DNA of 64,000 nt, taken from NCBI GenBank assembly GCA_051011415.1, contig JBPCTY010000047.1, positions 17,946-81,945 of the forward strand. The letters run 5' to 3'. How positions within the stretch are numbered: the stretch's first letter is position 1; each line of letters begins with the position of its first letter. Shown here in pieces: positions 9,512-18,671 of this stretch. The position numbers were made by a program, and so were the translations under genes. The notes under the pieces are model-generated. The model had not been told where the DNA came from, did no database searches, and saw only the letters and a program-made list of their open reading frames with translations. The DNA comes from Acidimicrobiia bacterium (GTDB lineage Bacteria > Actinomycetota > Acidimicrobiia > Spongiisociales > UBA5794).

Positions 9512-10780
9512 ATGGCCACTCCCGAATCGGTTACGAGGACCTATTACGCACTGACCCTCTCTGCGACGCTTGCATCGTCGTTCATCTGGGGTGTCAACAC
9601 GTTGTTCCTTCTCGATGCGGGTCTGACCAATACGCAAGCCTTTGCCGCGAACGCCTTCTTCACCCTCGGCCAGGTTCTGTTCGAGATTCCCACGGGCGTC
9701 GTTGCTGACGTCCGAGGGAGGAAGCTCTCGTTCCTTCTGGGAGCTGGAACTTTGCTGCTATCAACGATCCTGTACCTCGTCATGTGGCAGACCGGTGCGC
9801 CGTTCTGGGGCTGGGCGATCGCCTCGATGTTCATCGGTCTTGGATTCACCTTCTTTTCTGGTGCAACCGAAGCGTGGCTCGTGGATGCGCTCGCGTTTAC
9901 CGGGTACAAGGGTCACCTCGACACAGTCTTTGCAAGAGGCCAATCGTTCACCGGTGTTGGGATGTTGATCGGTGCGATCGGCGGCGGCTTCCTTGCCCAG
10001 GCGACCAGCCTCGGTGCGCCGTACGTCGTCCGCATCGTCCTGTTGGGCGTCACAATGTTGATCGCAGCTGTTGCGATGAAGGACCTCGGATTCACGCCGG
10101 TTGAGGGCAAGGGCCCTGTGGACGAGGTGAAGACGCTCATCGAGCATTCCATCGAAAGCGGGCTCAAGAATCCACCTGTTCGTTGGATGATGCTCGCGCA
10201 GCCGTTCACCTTTGGTGTTTCGATCTATGCGTTCTACGCGGCTCAGCCCTATTTGCTGGAGCTCTACGGTGATGACACGGCGTATGGCGTAGCGGGGCTT
10301 GCGGCTGCACTTTTCGCTGGAGCTCAGATCATCGGCGGCATCACGGTGCCGTACGCCCGAAAGCTCTTCACCTTCCGAACGCAGTATCTGCTTATCGCAA
10401 CGCTGGTGAGCGTGGTCTCGTTGATAGTGATCGGATGGAGCTCGAACTTCTGGATTGTCGTTGGCATGTTCGTCGTCTGGTCGATGACCGCGGCAGCCGC
10501 GATGCCGATGCGGCAGGCGTATGTCAACGGTGTGATCCCGTCCGATAGACGCGCAACCGTCCTGTCTTTCGATTCACTGATGGGTTCAGCGGGCGGCGTC
10601 GTGACGCAGCCCCTCCTGGGCCGTGTTGCTGACGTGTGGGGATACTCGACGTCCTACATCGCGGCAGCAGGAATCCAAGCCCTCGCGATCCCGTTCATAT
10701 TCATGGCGAGACGAGAGAATGCTCCGTCAGATCCTCTCGTAGGAGATTCCGAAGCAGATGTTGAGTCCTCGGAAGCCTGA
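9512..10780 (+). CDS. MFS transporter
   Basis: 422 aa and polytopic. MFS loop motif GVVADVRGRKLSF between TM2 and TM3. Confidence 0.85.
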   Translation: MATPESVTRTYYALTLSATLASSFIWGVNTLFLLDAGLTNTQAFAANAFFTLGQVLFEIPTGVVADVRGRKLSFLLGAGTLLLSTILYLVMWQTGAPFWGWAIASMFIGLGFTFFSGATEAWLVDALAFTGYKGHLDTVFARGQSFTGVGMLIGAIGGGFLAQATSLGAPYVVRIVLLGVTMLIAAVAMKDLGFTPVEGKGPVDEVKTLIEHSIESGLKNPPVRWMMLAQPFTFGVSIYAFYAAQPYLLELYGDDTAYGVAGLAAALFAGAQIIGGITVPYARKLFTFRTQYLLIATLVSVVSLIVIGWSSNFWIVVGMFVVWSMTAAAAMPMRQAYVNGVIPSDRRATVLSFDSLMGSAGGVVTQPLLGRVADVWGYSTSYIAAAGIQALAIPFIFMARRENAPSDPLVGDSEADVESSEA

Positions 10781-10822
10781 CCATCGGTGGTGGCTACGCT
10801 GGCTCCAACACAGGGAGACGCA

Positions 10823-11389
10823 ATGAGCGACGAGACAACAGCGAACGGTGACGGTGAAGGGTCTGAGGAGCTTGACATCGTGCTGGACCAAGCCGATGCC
10901 ATGGTCCACATGGAGACCGAAACCAGCGAGATCGATATCGATGGCGACGGTGTCGCAGACGGTCTTCGTACGGTGAGCACCGAGGTTCGTGAGATCGATA
11001 TTGATGGCGATGGAGAACCCGACATCGTGGAGACGGTCACGATCGAGCAGACAGCCGTGGATGTCGATGGCGATGGCGTGGTTGACGTCATCACGACCGT
11101 TGAGACGGCTGAAACAGAAATGGACTTTGACGGCGACGGTGTCGCAGACTCCTACGAGGTGACCGAAGTGCGCACGGTTGCTCACGACCTCGACGGTGAT
11201 GGCATCCCCGATGTGACTCGGACCGATGTTGTGACGGCCTCAGGAATTCTGCCTGACGACGACGGTGACTTGCAGGACGTTGAAGCGAGCGGTGTCAGGC
11301 TCTATGGCCTCGACACAACAGGTGACGGAGTCATCGATGAGGTTGTGGCCGAAGAACTCGATGTCGAAGTCACGACCGACGACGACTAG
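10823..11389 (+). CDS. Highly acidic repeat protein with about 7 tandem 21-22-aa units, each carrying a DxDGDGxxD calcium-binding-like motif
   Basis: The protein contains IDIDGDGVAD, IDIDGDGEPD, VDVDGDGVVD, MDFDGDGVAD, DLDGDGIPD, DDDGDLQD and DTTGDGVID. ATG 10823 is preceded by GGGAGA; the track start is 10787. I see no signal peptide or TM segment. Confidence 0.7.
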   Translation: MSDETTANGDGEGSEELDIVLDQADAMVHMETETSEIDIDGDGVADGLRTVSTEVREIDIDGDGEPDIVETVTIEQTAVDVDGDGVVDVITTVETAETEMDFDGDGVADSYEVTEVRTVAHDLDGDGIPDVTRTDVVTASGILPDDDGDLQDVEASGVRLYGLDTTGDGVIDEVVAEELDVEVTTDDD

Positions 11390-12480
11390 CAGGCGTTTGC
11401 AACTGTCGGGTAGGGATTGACGTACGTCCCACCGATAATCATGCCCAGGTGCAGGTGAGCGACGCTTGCGTTGCCCGTCGTCCCGTTGAATCCAATGTGC
11501 TGGCCCCGTGACACCCTTTGGCCGTTCGAAAGCCCTGGTGCGTAACCAGACAGATGTGCGTAGTAGTAGGTGACGCCGTCATCTCCGTTCACGTACACCT
11601 GACGACCACCCTGATAGTGCGAGTTGAGGCGGACGCTTCCGTTTGCCATTGCGTAGAGCGGGGCTCCATACGACCCGATCATGTCGGTTCCCTTGTGAGT
11701 TCGGCCACCTGAGCGGGGATAGCCCCACGAGTTGATGAAGCTCGATCCGGGAAACGGGCAGCTCGAGTTGCGCGTCGCAGCTGGGATTCCCGCGGCTGGG
11801 CCAGATTTCCGCGCCGCAGCGACTGCGGCGAGTCGTCGCTGCTCAGCCTTGTACCTCGAATACACGGACGCATAATTGGCCTCCGCATCGGCATGAATCT
11901 TTTCCGCCCTCGCCTGGATCTCTGCAAGTGCGGTGACTGCTTCGGCCTGCTGCGCCTCGAGATCGGCGACCTCGTCCTCCTTGACGTTGAGTTCATCAGT
12001 GAGCCTGTCCATCTGACGGCTCACGGCGGCGAGCTGGTCGAGTTGGCTGAGGTCTCTGGTCGTTGCGGCGTCGTAGAGCGCTTGAGATGTGATCAATTCT
12101 TGGATAGAGGTAGCGGTGAATGCGGTGGTGACGAGGTTTCTGCCGCCTGTGGTGTAGGCCTCAAGCACAAGCAACCGAGCCCGCTCCTCAAGGTTGTCGA
12201 CGTTGTCGCCATACTCGACGATCGCATCGCCGAGTCGTTCGATCCGCCACCGGACGTTGTAGAGCTCGCCGGTGATCCGCTCAAGATCCTCGATGCCCGC
12301 GGAGAGTTCCTCATCGGCCTCTCTGAGTGCGGCAAATGCGCGTTCTTCTGCCGACTTTGCGTTTTCGACATCGGTCTTGTTCTGCGCTGATGCCGGGATC
12401 GGGGCGACAGCAAGCAGGCCGAGGAGGAGCAGCGGCAGGAGGACACGGGGAATTCGCAAATACATCATGCGGAACAGCAA
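11386..12480 (-). CDS. Secreted M23-family peptidoglycan metalloendopeptidase with an N-terminal coiled-coil region
   Basis: Signal peptide (LLLLGLLAVAPIPASA). A long heptad-rich Glu/Ala region. M23 motifs HKGTDM and HLHLG. Confidence 0.9.
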   Translation of the reverse strand: MLFRMMYLRIPRVLLPLLLLGLLAVAPIPASAQNKTDVENAKSAEERAFAALREADEELSAGIEDLERITGELYNVRWRIERLGDAIVEYGDNVDNLEERARLLVLEAYTTGGRNLVTTAFTATSIQELITSQALYDAATTRDLSQLDQLAAVSRQMDRLTDELNVKEDEVADLEAQQAEAVTALAEIQARAEKIHADAEANYASVYSRYKAEQRRLAAVAAARKSGPAAGIPAATRNSSCPFPGSSFINSWGYPRSGGRTHKGTDMIGSYGAPLYAMANGSVRLNSHYQGGRQVYVNGDDGVTYYYAHLSGYAPGLSNGQRVSRGQHIGFNGTTGNASVAHLHLGMIIGGTYVNPYPTVANAC

Positions 12481-12582
12481 AGGCTAGTGGCAGCACCTTG
12501 ATAGCGGCCAGCCGATATTGCAGATTTCGCGCAAAGCGCACTGCCACGGCCGAGAGCTGTTTCCGGCGGTACGCTGCGTCTC

Positions 12583-12993
12583 GTGCAGAACGATGTGTCC
12601 TTCGCTCCACGGCGCAAGACGATGTCTCCGATCACGGGTGGCATTGTTGCGCTCACCTACCCCACGGTTCTGGTCATCATTTCGCTGAGCACCGGATTTC
12701 GGCAAGGCGGGGATATGGCGGACTTCGCTGCAACTCTGGCAGGTACTTTGCTGTTCTTGGTAGCTGCCCCAACAGCCTGGGTCCTCTCGTTCGACTTCAT
12801 CGACGTCACTCGATTTACGGTGCTCGTGTTCGGGATCGTCACATCGGCGCCGTTGTGGTGGATTCTCGGGGTTTCCATCGCCAGACGATCGGAGTCGGTT
12901 GTGGAGTGGTCGAAGGCATATGCCTTTGCCTGTGTTGGGTGGACAGCCGCGAATCTCATTCTCTTCGGTGTGATCGCGGGGCTCTCTTCGTAG
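12583..12993 (+). CDS. Hypothetical small integral membrane protein (about 4 TM)
   Basis: 136-aa ORF with coding-like codon usage and clear hydrophobic helices. The competing ORFs here (12327-13016 +, 12484-13152 -) are Arg/Gly/Cys-rich shadows. The start is uncertain (GTG 12583 or ATG 12622). Confidence 0.55.
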   Translation: MQNDVSFAPRRKTMSPITGGIVALTYPTVLVIISLSTGFRQGGDMADFAATLAGTLLFLVAAPTAWVLSFDFIDVTRFTVLVFGIVTSAPLWWILGVSIARRSESVVEWSKAYAFACVGWTAANLILFGVIAGLSS

Positions 12994-13019
12994 TGGCAAT
13001 GATGGCGTTGCGGTAGGTT

Positions 13020-13685
13020 GTGCCCATGGATGTCTTTGAAGCCCTTTATACGACCCGAGCAATGCGACGGGTGAAGCCTGATCCGGTGCCAGATGAAGTC
13101 GTGCGAGCCATGTTGGATGCTGCCATTCGGTCACCATCCGGCGGGAACTCACAGAACTGGCGATGGCTGACGGTCACGGACAAGCAGACGATCGTCCAGC
13201 TCGCAGAGCTGTATGCGGATGCATGGCAGATGGCGCTTGATGTGATGTACCAGGGAAAGCTTGATGCTGCGGAAGCTTCTGGGGATCAACAAACGGTGCG
13301 AGTCATCTCAAGCGCGCAATGGCTTGCCGACAACTTCGATCAGGTGCCATTGGTCGTGTTGCCATTCCACCGCAACGACCCATCGGGTTCATCGATCTAC
13401 CCGGCCGTGTGGAGTCTGATGCTCGCCGCACGGGCGCACGACATTGGCGCGACGCTGACGACGGTGCTCGGCATCTTCAAGCAAGAGGAAGTCTGTGACC
13501 TACTCGGTGTACCAACGGAGAAGGGGTGGGTCAACGCTGCGGCAGTGACGTGCGGCTATCCACTTGGGCGCTGGGGTGTGGCGAAACGTGCACCGGCCAA
13601 CGATGTTGTCTTTGAAGAACGATGGGGCGACGAACCAGACTGGTCGATCGAGGAGCCGCTCTGGGGTTCACCCGCCGCTCCCTGA
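13020..13685 (+). CDS. Nitroreductase-family oxidoreductase
   Basis: The N-terminus, ...FEALYTTRAMRRVKPDPVPDEVVRAMLDAAIRSPSGGNSQNWRW, is the typical nitroreductase FMN-binding signature. Confidence 0.88.
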   Translation: MPMDVFEALYTTRAMRRVKPDPVPDEVVRAMLDAAIRSPSGGNSQNWRWLTVTDKQTIVQLAELYADAWQMALDVMYQGKLDAAEASGDQQTVRVISSAQWLADNFDQVPLVVLPFHRNDPSGSSIYPAVWSLMLAARAHDIGATLTTVLGIFKQEEVCDLLGVPTEKGWVNAAAVTCGYPLGRWGVAKRAPANDVVFEERWGDEPDWSIEEPLWGSPAAP

Positions 13686-13688
13686 CGG

Positions 13689-14132
13689 TCAGGCTTTCCG
13701 CAACGAGTCGAAGTCCACACGATCGAGTGCACCGACGATGACGTCTCGCGCAGTTTCATAGGTCGCAAGGTCGTAGCCATATGGGTCGGCGACCTCCGAT
13801 GGATGATCCAGCAGCCGGATCGAGCCCTTGGCGAGTTCAGGGAACACCGACCTCGCCGCGATCAGGTGCGTCTGATCCATCCCGAACACAAAGTCTGGTT
13901 GCGATACCGCTCCGAGCGGCCGTGCACGGTGTGCTGCCAGATTGACTCCGATGGCAGCGCTTGCCTCCTGAGCATGGTCCGTCGCTGGCTGACCCGGTCG
14001 AGCCATGGTCCCCGCGCTTGAGAAGGAGAAGCCAGTCGTTGAGTCAAGCCGATCCCGGGCGATGTACTCAGCCATGGGTGATCTACAAATGTTGCCTGTG
14101 CACACGAACAGGATGCTCGTTGTCGATTCCAC
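13689..14132 (-). CDS. Low-molecular-weight protein-tyrosine phosphatase
   Basis: P-loop ILFVCTGNICRSPMAE (CX5R-S) and a DPYG acid loop. Start re-set to GTG 14132, 2 nt after the upstream gene's TAG, because the track extension overlaps that gene. Confidence 0.88.
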   Translation of the reverse strand: MESTTSILFVCTGNICRSPMAEYIARDRLDSTTGFSFSSAGTMARPGQPATDHAQEASAAIGVNLAAHRARPLGAVSQPDFVFGMDQTHLIAARSVFPELAKGSIRLLDHPSEVADPYGYDLATYETARDVIVGALDRVDFDSLRKA

Positions 14133-14134
14133 GG

Positions 14135-14878
14135 CTAGCGGCGGTTCGCCCGGAACTTCGCAGACTGTTCGACGAATGCGGTGAAGAGACTGCGTGAAGG
14201 CTGATGATCGGCCACGCTGAGGAACTCTGGGTGCCACTGCACCGCGATGAGCGGCCATGTGTCATCTTCATGTTCTATCGCTTCGACAGTGCCGTCCGGT
14301 GCTGAAGCAACGACCTTGAGACCAGATCCGAGTTCCTCGACGGCCTGATGATGGATGGAGTTGATCTGATGTAGCCCCTCACCGATGACACTTGCGATGT
14401 GGCAATCAGGTTCCACCAGCGCCTGGGAATGAGGCTCGTACGCACCTTCGCCGGTGATGTCGTGGCCGTGGGCACCTCGGTGTGAAGGGAGATCCTGCAC
14501 CAGTGTTCCTCCGAGCGCGACGTTGACGATTTGGAGCCCTCGACATATCGCCATCGTCGGGAGTCTTCGGACATGGGCGCTCCGAGCGAGGGCTATCTCG
14601 AAAGCATCGCGCTCCTCATCGACCCCTTGAACGGCTTCATGGCGGTCCGCGCCATACCGAGACGGGTCGATGTCGCCACCGCCGGTGAGGAGCAAGCCGT
14701 CGACCGTGTCCATAACTGCCTCGATGTCGTGTTCATCGACGGGAATGAGCATGATCGGCAGCCCTCCGCCTTGCCTGACGGAGTCCGAGTAGGTGTGGGT
14801 CGTGAGATAGGCAAGCACCGTGGTTCCGGCTGCTGGGACGCGCTGTGGGCGGGCGCTGATACCGATAATGGGGTGCAT
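14135..14878 (-). CDS. Class I glutamine amidotransferase, peptidase C26 / gamma-glutamyl-GABA hydrolase-like
   Basis: LLLTGGGDIDPSRYG, nucleophile elbow CRGLQIVNVALGG, and the HHQAV and QWHPE motifs. Confidence 0.88.
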   Translation of the reverse strand: MHPIIGISARPQRVPAAGTTVLAYLTTHTYSDSVRQGGGLPIMLIPVDEHDIEAVMDTVDGLLLTGGGDIDPSRYGADRHEAVQGVDEERDAFEIALARSAHVRRLPTMAICRGLQIVNVALGGTLVQDLPSHRGAHGHDITGEGAYEPHSQALVEPDCHIASVIGEGLHQINSIHHQAVEELGSGLKVVASAPDGTVEAIEHEDDTWPLIAVQWHPEFLSVADHQPSRSLFTAFVEQSAKFRANRR

Positions 14879-15013
14879 CCCCAGAATTCTAGGAACGAAT
14901 CTGTTGTCAGTCGACCGGCGTCAGCGGCTCAAACGCTCTATCCTCGCGGCGTTGGTGCGGCACACGGGTGTTTCGCACGGAACATCCAATCGCAATATTG
15001 AGGTTTCACACGT

Positions 15014-15106
15014 ATGGGTTCGCTGGTCAAAAAGCGCCGCAAGAAGATGAGCAAGCACAAGTACCGAAAGCGCCTCAAGGCCAACCGGCACAAGCGCAAG
15101 AAGTAG
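15014..15106 (+). CDS. 30S ribosomal protein bS22 (actinobacterial small basic protein)
   Basis: Hand-found 30-codon ORF, MGSLVKKRRKKMSKHKYRKRLKANRHKRKK*. It closely resembles mycobacterial bS22 (MGSVIKKRRKRMSKKKHRK...). GAGG lies about 14 nt upstream and a hairpin follows. It is below the ORF-track size cutoff. Confidence 0.85.
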   Translation: MGSLVKKRRKKMSKHKYRKRLKANRHKRKK

Positions 15107-15113
15107 CTCGCTG

Positions 15114-15141
15114 AGAACGCCTCCCGAAAGGGGGGCGTTCT
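15114..15141. terminator. Hairpin between convergent bS22 and the membrane-protein gene (likely intrinsic terminator)
   Basis: AGAACGCCTCCC-GAAA-GGGGGGCGTTCT forms a 12-bp stem with one G-U pair and a GAAA tetraloop. It is followed by TGTAT, which is a weak U tract. Confidence 0.5.
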
Positions 15142-15221
15142 TGTATGCACTATCGGGGGAGCGACTCGTCTGGTCGGGGTGTTCTTCTGCTTGCTTGCCC
15201 GGGTGCTCTGTCTGCGAGAGA

Positions 15222-15611
15222 TCAGATGAGAGTGACGGCTGCTCCGAAGATGCCGATGCTGAGCAGCAAGATTCCAAGCTGAATGATGCCGCGAACCGCC
15301 GGCGACGTCTTCTTTGCTGTGAACTGATGTACTGCGGTCAGCACAACCGCGAGCAGGATCAGCGTTCCCTTGAGCTCGAATTGCTTCCACGGCAGACCGA
15401 TCTCGGTGTACATCCACACTCCAGACACCAGCGCAAACCCCAGGGCGGTCCACGACACCACGCCGAACCGACGAGCAGTGGCTTGAAGCACCGCGCGGTC
15501 GTCAGTCGTCTTGCGGATGGCGCTCACGAGAAACGCAAGAACGATCAGCCCACCGGTCCACACCGCTGCGGCGATCAGGTGCACCCATTTGACCAGCTCG
15601 AGGGTGGTCAC
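15222..15611 (-). CDS. Hypothetical 4-TM membrane protein (CopD-like / DUF-type)
   Basis: 129 aa with four clear hydrophobic helices. It has a 4-nt overlap with the upstream PAC2 gene, which suggests co-transcription. Confidence 0.65.
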   Translation of the reverse strand: MTTLELVKWVHLIAAAVWTGGLIVLAFLVSAIRKTTDDRAVLQATARRFGVVSWTALGFALVSGVWMYTEIGLPWKQFELKGTLILLAVVLTAVHQFTAKKTSPAVRGIIQLGILLLSIGIFGAAVTLI

Positions 15612-16537
15612 GACGGAGCGTCGCCCTCCAGGAACTTCACAATCTCATCAACGAGGGCGTCGGTTCGCTCGGGATCGAGTCCTTGCAGCTGGGGCTCATC
15701 AAGCGACTCAGACGCGCCGCCAAGCAGCGATCCGAGGAGAGGTTCGTCGTAGCCGTCGAGTTCCTCGAGGTACTCATCGATCTCTGCACCCGAGTTCTCA
15801 ATTGCTTCATCGACCTTCTGCGTGTATTCGGCATCAACGGCAATCAGCTCGGCGGTATCGACATGGAGGTTCGTGATGTCGGCAACCTTCTCGACGAGCG
15901 TGAGCACACCCTTCGGGTAGGGGTTGCCGGCCAGATACGGAGGTGTTGGGGCCCACATACTCAAAGAACGGATGCCAGCTTCCCTGCACGCACCTTGGAC
16001 AACGCCGAGTATCCCGGTTGGCCCCCGATACGAGGAGGACTGCAGCCCTGAGCGAATGACGCTCACTGCATCAGAACCCACGCCTGACAGTGTGACCGGT
16101 TCGCGGTGCCCAACCGCTCCGACGAAGGCACCCATCATCAGAGCTTCTTCAACGCCAAGCTCAGCGAGCTCTTCGACGACGCTTCGTGCGAATGTTTTCC
16201 ACTGGAAGTTGGGTTCCTGGCCGCTTACGACGACCAAGTCCCTTCGGTCTTCCGGGCGGTGAACGGCGTGGAAGGTGACCCTTGGCCACTTGAGTGACTT
16301 CGTGACACCATCGCGAATATCGATCGTTGGGCGCTGTTGCTGGAAGTCGTAGAACTGATCGGGCTCAAGTTCTGCAAACAGGTCAGTGGACTCGTGTGCG
16401 TCGAGAAGGTACTCGGCGGCCGTCGATGCGACGTCACACGCGTCGTTCCACCCACCGAACGCGACGATTGCGATCGGTCTGCGGAGTTGTGGTGCGTGGT
16501 GGCGTCGGATCACATCCATGTGCGGGAGGGTAACCAA
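15608..16537 (-). CDS. PAC2 (proteasome assembly chaperone 2-like) family protein
   Basis: The N-terminal LRRPIAIVAFGGWNDACDVAS motif and the acidic C-terminus are typical of actinobacterial PAC2 proteins. Confidence 0.8.
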   Translation of the reverse strand: MVTLPHMDVIRRHHAPQLRRPIAIVAFGGWNDACDVASTAAEYLLDAHESTDLFAELEPDQFYDFQQQRPTIDIRDGVTKSLKWPRVTFHAVHRPEDRRDLVVVSGQEPNFQWKTFARSVVEELAELGVEEALMMGAFVGAVGHREPVTLSGVGSDAVSVIRSGLQSSSYRGPTGILGVVQGACREAGIRSLSMWAPTPPYLAGNPYPKGVLTLVEKVADITNLHVDTAELIAVDAEYTQKVDEAIENSGAEIDEYLEELDGYDEPLLGSLLGGASESLDEPQLQGLDPERTDALVDEIVKFLEGDAPS

Positions 16538-16591
16538 CGGCTGCGATAGATACCGCGTGAGTTCGGTCGGTTTTCGCGGTCTTGCGTCTCG

Positions 16592-18622
16592 CTACTGCTC
16601 GACACCCTGGTGGCTGAGCCGGTCCGCCAGTTCAAGGTCTGTGTTCACTGGCAGATCGCATACGTGGCCGCGACACACGTAGGCCATGGTGCCCCCACCG
16701 CTCGTTCGGTGTGCCAGGAGGGGGATGTCGTCCGTAGGTTGTGTCGTTGCGGCCAGCACCACTTGTGGTCGGTAGGTGTCCCACACCACCTTGGACATCG
16801 ATGCAGCCTCACTTCCGACGATTGCCACCTCGTCGACACCCGTCAGGTGGGTGAGCCAGATCGCAAGCGCATACGCACCAAAGGATGGATATCTGAGGGC
16901 AGCGGGTGCCAGCCTTGCCATGGTCTCTTCAAGCAGTTCACCTGAGCCTTGTTCGCCAGTGAACGCTGCATGCATGAGGAGCGCCTCCATTGCCATCGAG
17001 TTGTCAGACGGTGCTGGGCTGTCCTGCACGTTGAATGGCCGGGCGATCAGGCTGCTGTCGCTCGCTGTTGCATAGAAGCCTCCTCCGTCTGCGGCGAACC
17101 GTTCGCGCAGTTCCGCAACACTTGACTCCCCCAATTCGAACCACCGAGGGTTCATCGTGACTGAGTAGAGGGTGAAGTAGCCGACAGCGACGGCTGCGTG
17201 ATCCTCGGCGAACGCGGCATGGCCCGGGCGATCGCGCCATGAGTGAACGAGGGTTCCATCCGGTGAGGATGTGTCTGCGAGGAACGATGCAATGCGTTCA
17301 GCACGCTCGAGATATCGTGCGTCGCCGAGGATCGCTCCCGCCTCCGCAAACGAGCGCATTGCGAGTCCGTTCCAAGACGTGACGATCTTGTCGTCGCGGG
17401 ACGGCGCCACCCGATCCCGACGAGCAGCTATCAACGTCGCATCGACCCGATCCTTGGCGGCTGTGAGCTCCTGCTCGTCGAGACCAACCGCCTCGGCAGC
17501 CCGAAGCAGCGGAATTTGTCGATGAGGATTGTTGCTGCCCTCGAAGTTCCCAGTCTCGGTGAAGCCATAGATCGATGCCGCAATTGGCAGATCAGGACCG
17601 AGGAGCTCGGCGAGTTCGCCCCACGACCAGACAGCGAACTTCCCCTCCTCGCCTTCTGAATCTGCATCCTCCCCAGAGTGAAGTCCACCGACAGGATCCG
17701 CCATGACGGTGTCGAGGTAGTCAAAGGTGGTTCTCGCAACTTCGAGGAACCGCTCGACTCCCGTGAGCTGCCATGCCCTTAGATAGAGCCTCGCCAGCTG
17801 AGCGTTGTCATAGAGCATCTTCTCGAAGTGAGGAATCAGCCACTGGGCGTCGACCGAGTACCGAGCGAACCCACCGAACAAGTGGTCGTTGATTCCCCCG
17901 TCTGCCATCGCGTGGAGGACCCGAACGAGCATCTCCTTGCTCAAGGCCGACGCTTCGTTCGATGGCTCCATAGATGCACGACGTAGCAGGAGTTCGAGCG
18001 TTGGTGCCTGGGGGAACTTCGGCGAAGTGCCAAACCCGCCGTTGACCCTGTCGAATGTTGCGTGGATTCTGCCGATGGCCTGGTCGATATCGGCCAACGA
18101 TGGGGCCTCCGTGCCAGTGTCGGGGTGTTGTGCGATGGCCTCCGCTATCGAATCAGCCTGGGCAGCCGCACCCTCGCGGTTGGTCTGCCATGCGTCAACA
18201 ACCGCCTCCATCACATGCATGAACGACGGGTGATGACCCATGGATGTCTTCGGGTAATACGTTCCCGCAAAGATCGGCTTTGCATCAGGAGTCAGAAACA
18301 CGGTCATTGGCCAACCGCCGCGTCCTGTCATCGCAGTCACTGCATCCATGTAGATCCGATCGACATCGGGCCTTTCCTCTCGGTCGACCTTGATCGAGAC
18401 GAAGTGCTGATTCATGTAGGCAGCTGTGGCCTCATCTTCGAAAGACTCGTGTGCCATGACATGGCACCAGTGGCATGTCGCATACCCAACCGACAACAGA
18501 ACAGGCACGTCCCCACCTCTTGCGGCGGCGAACGCTTCGTCGCTCCACTCCCACCAGTCGACCGGATTGTCCGCGTGCTGTCGTAGGTACGGCGACGTTG
18601 CGAGTGCGAGACGGTTGGTCAC
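16592..18622 (-). CDS. Thioredoxin-domain protein, YyaL/DUF255 (SSP411-like), with an alpha/alpha-toroid C-terminal domain
   Basis: Start re-set to GTG 18622, giving [26 protein letters not shown], the canonical family N-terminus. CHWCHVM motif. The track extension overlaps the divergent gene. Confidence 0.88.
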   Translation of the reverse strand: MTNRLALATSPYLRQHADNPVDWWEWSDEAFAAARGGDVPVLLSVGYATCHWCHVMAHESFEDEATAAYMNQHFVSIKVDREERPDVDRIYMDAVTAMTGRGGWPMTVFLTPDAKPIFAGTYYPKTSMGHHPSFMHVMEAVVDAWQTNREGAAAQADSIAEAIAQHPDTGTEAPSLADIDQAIGRIHATFDRVNGGFGTSPKFPQAPTLELLLRRASMEPSNEASALSKEMLVRVLHAMADGGINDHLFGGFARYSVDAQWLIPHFEKMLYDNAQLARLYLRAWQLTGVERFLEVARTTFDYLDTVMADPVGGLHSGEDADSEGEEGKFAVWSWGELAELLGPDLPIAASIYGFTETGNFEGSNNPHRQIPLLRAAEAVGLDEQELTAAKDRVDATLIAARRDRVAPSRDDKIVTSWNGLAMRSFAEAGAILGDARYLERAERIASFLADTSSPDGTLVHSWRDRPGHAAFAEDHAAVAVGYFTLYSVTMNPRWFELGESSVAELRERFAADGGGFYATASDSSLIARPFNVQDSPAPSDNSMAMEALLMHAAFTGEQGSGELLEETMARLAPAALRYPSFGAYALAIWLTHLTGVDEVAIVGSEAASMSKVVWDTYRPQVVLAATTQPTDDIPLLAHRTSGGGTMAYVCRGHVCDLPVNTDLELADRLSHQGVEQ

Positions 18623-18671
18623 GGAGCCCTCCAGTTGTCGATCCGCAAGTTGCGAACGGTAGGCGGCTCGG

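Noticed and set aside
12327-13152. Overlapping 229-aa (+) and 222-aa (-) ORFs across the 12.3-13.1 kb region
   Set aside because: Both are Arg/Gly/Cys/His-rich with no motifs. The 136-aa membrane-protein frame (12583-12993) has the coding-like composition, and the nitroreductase starts at 13020.
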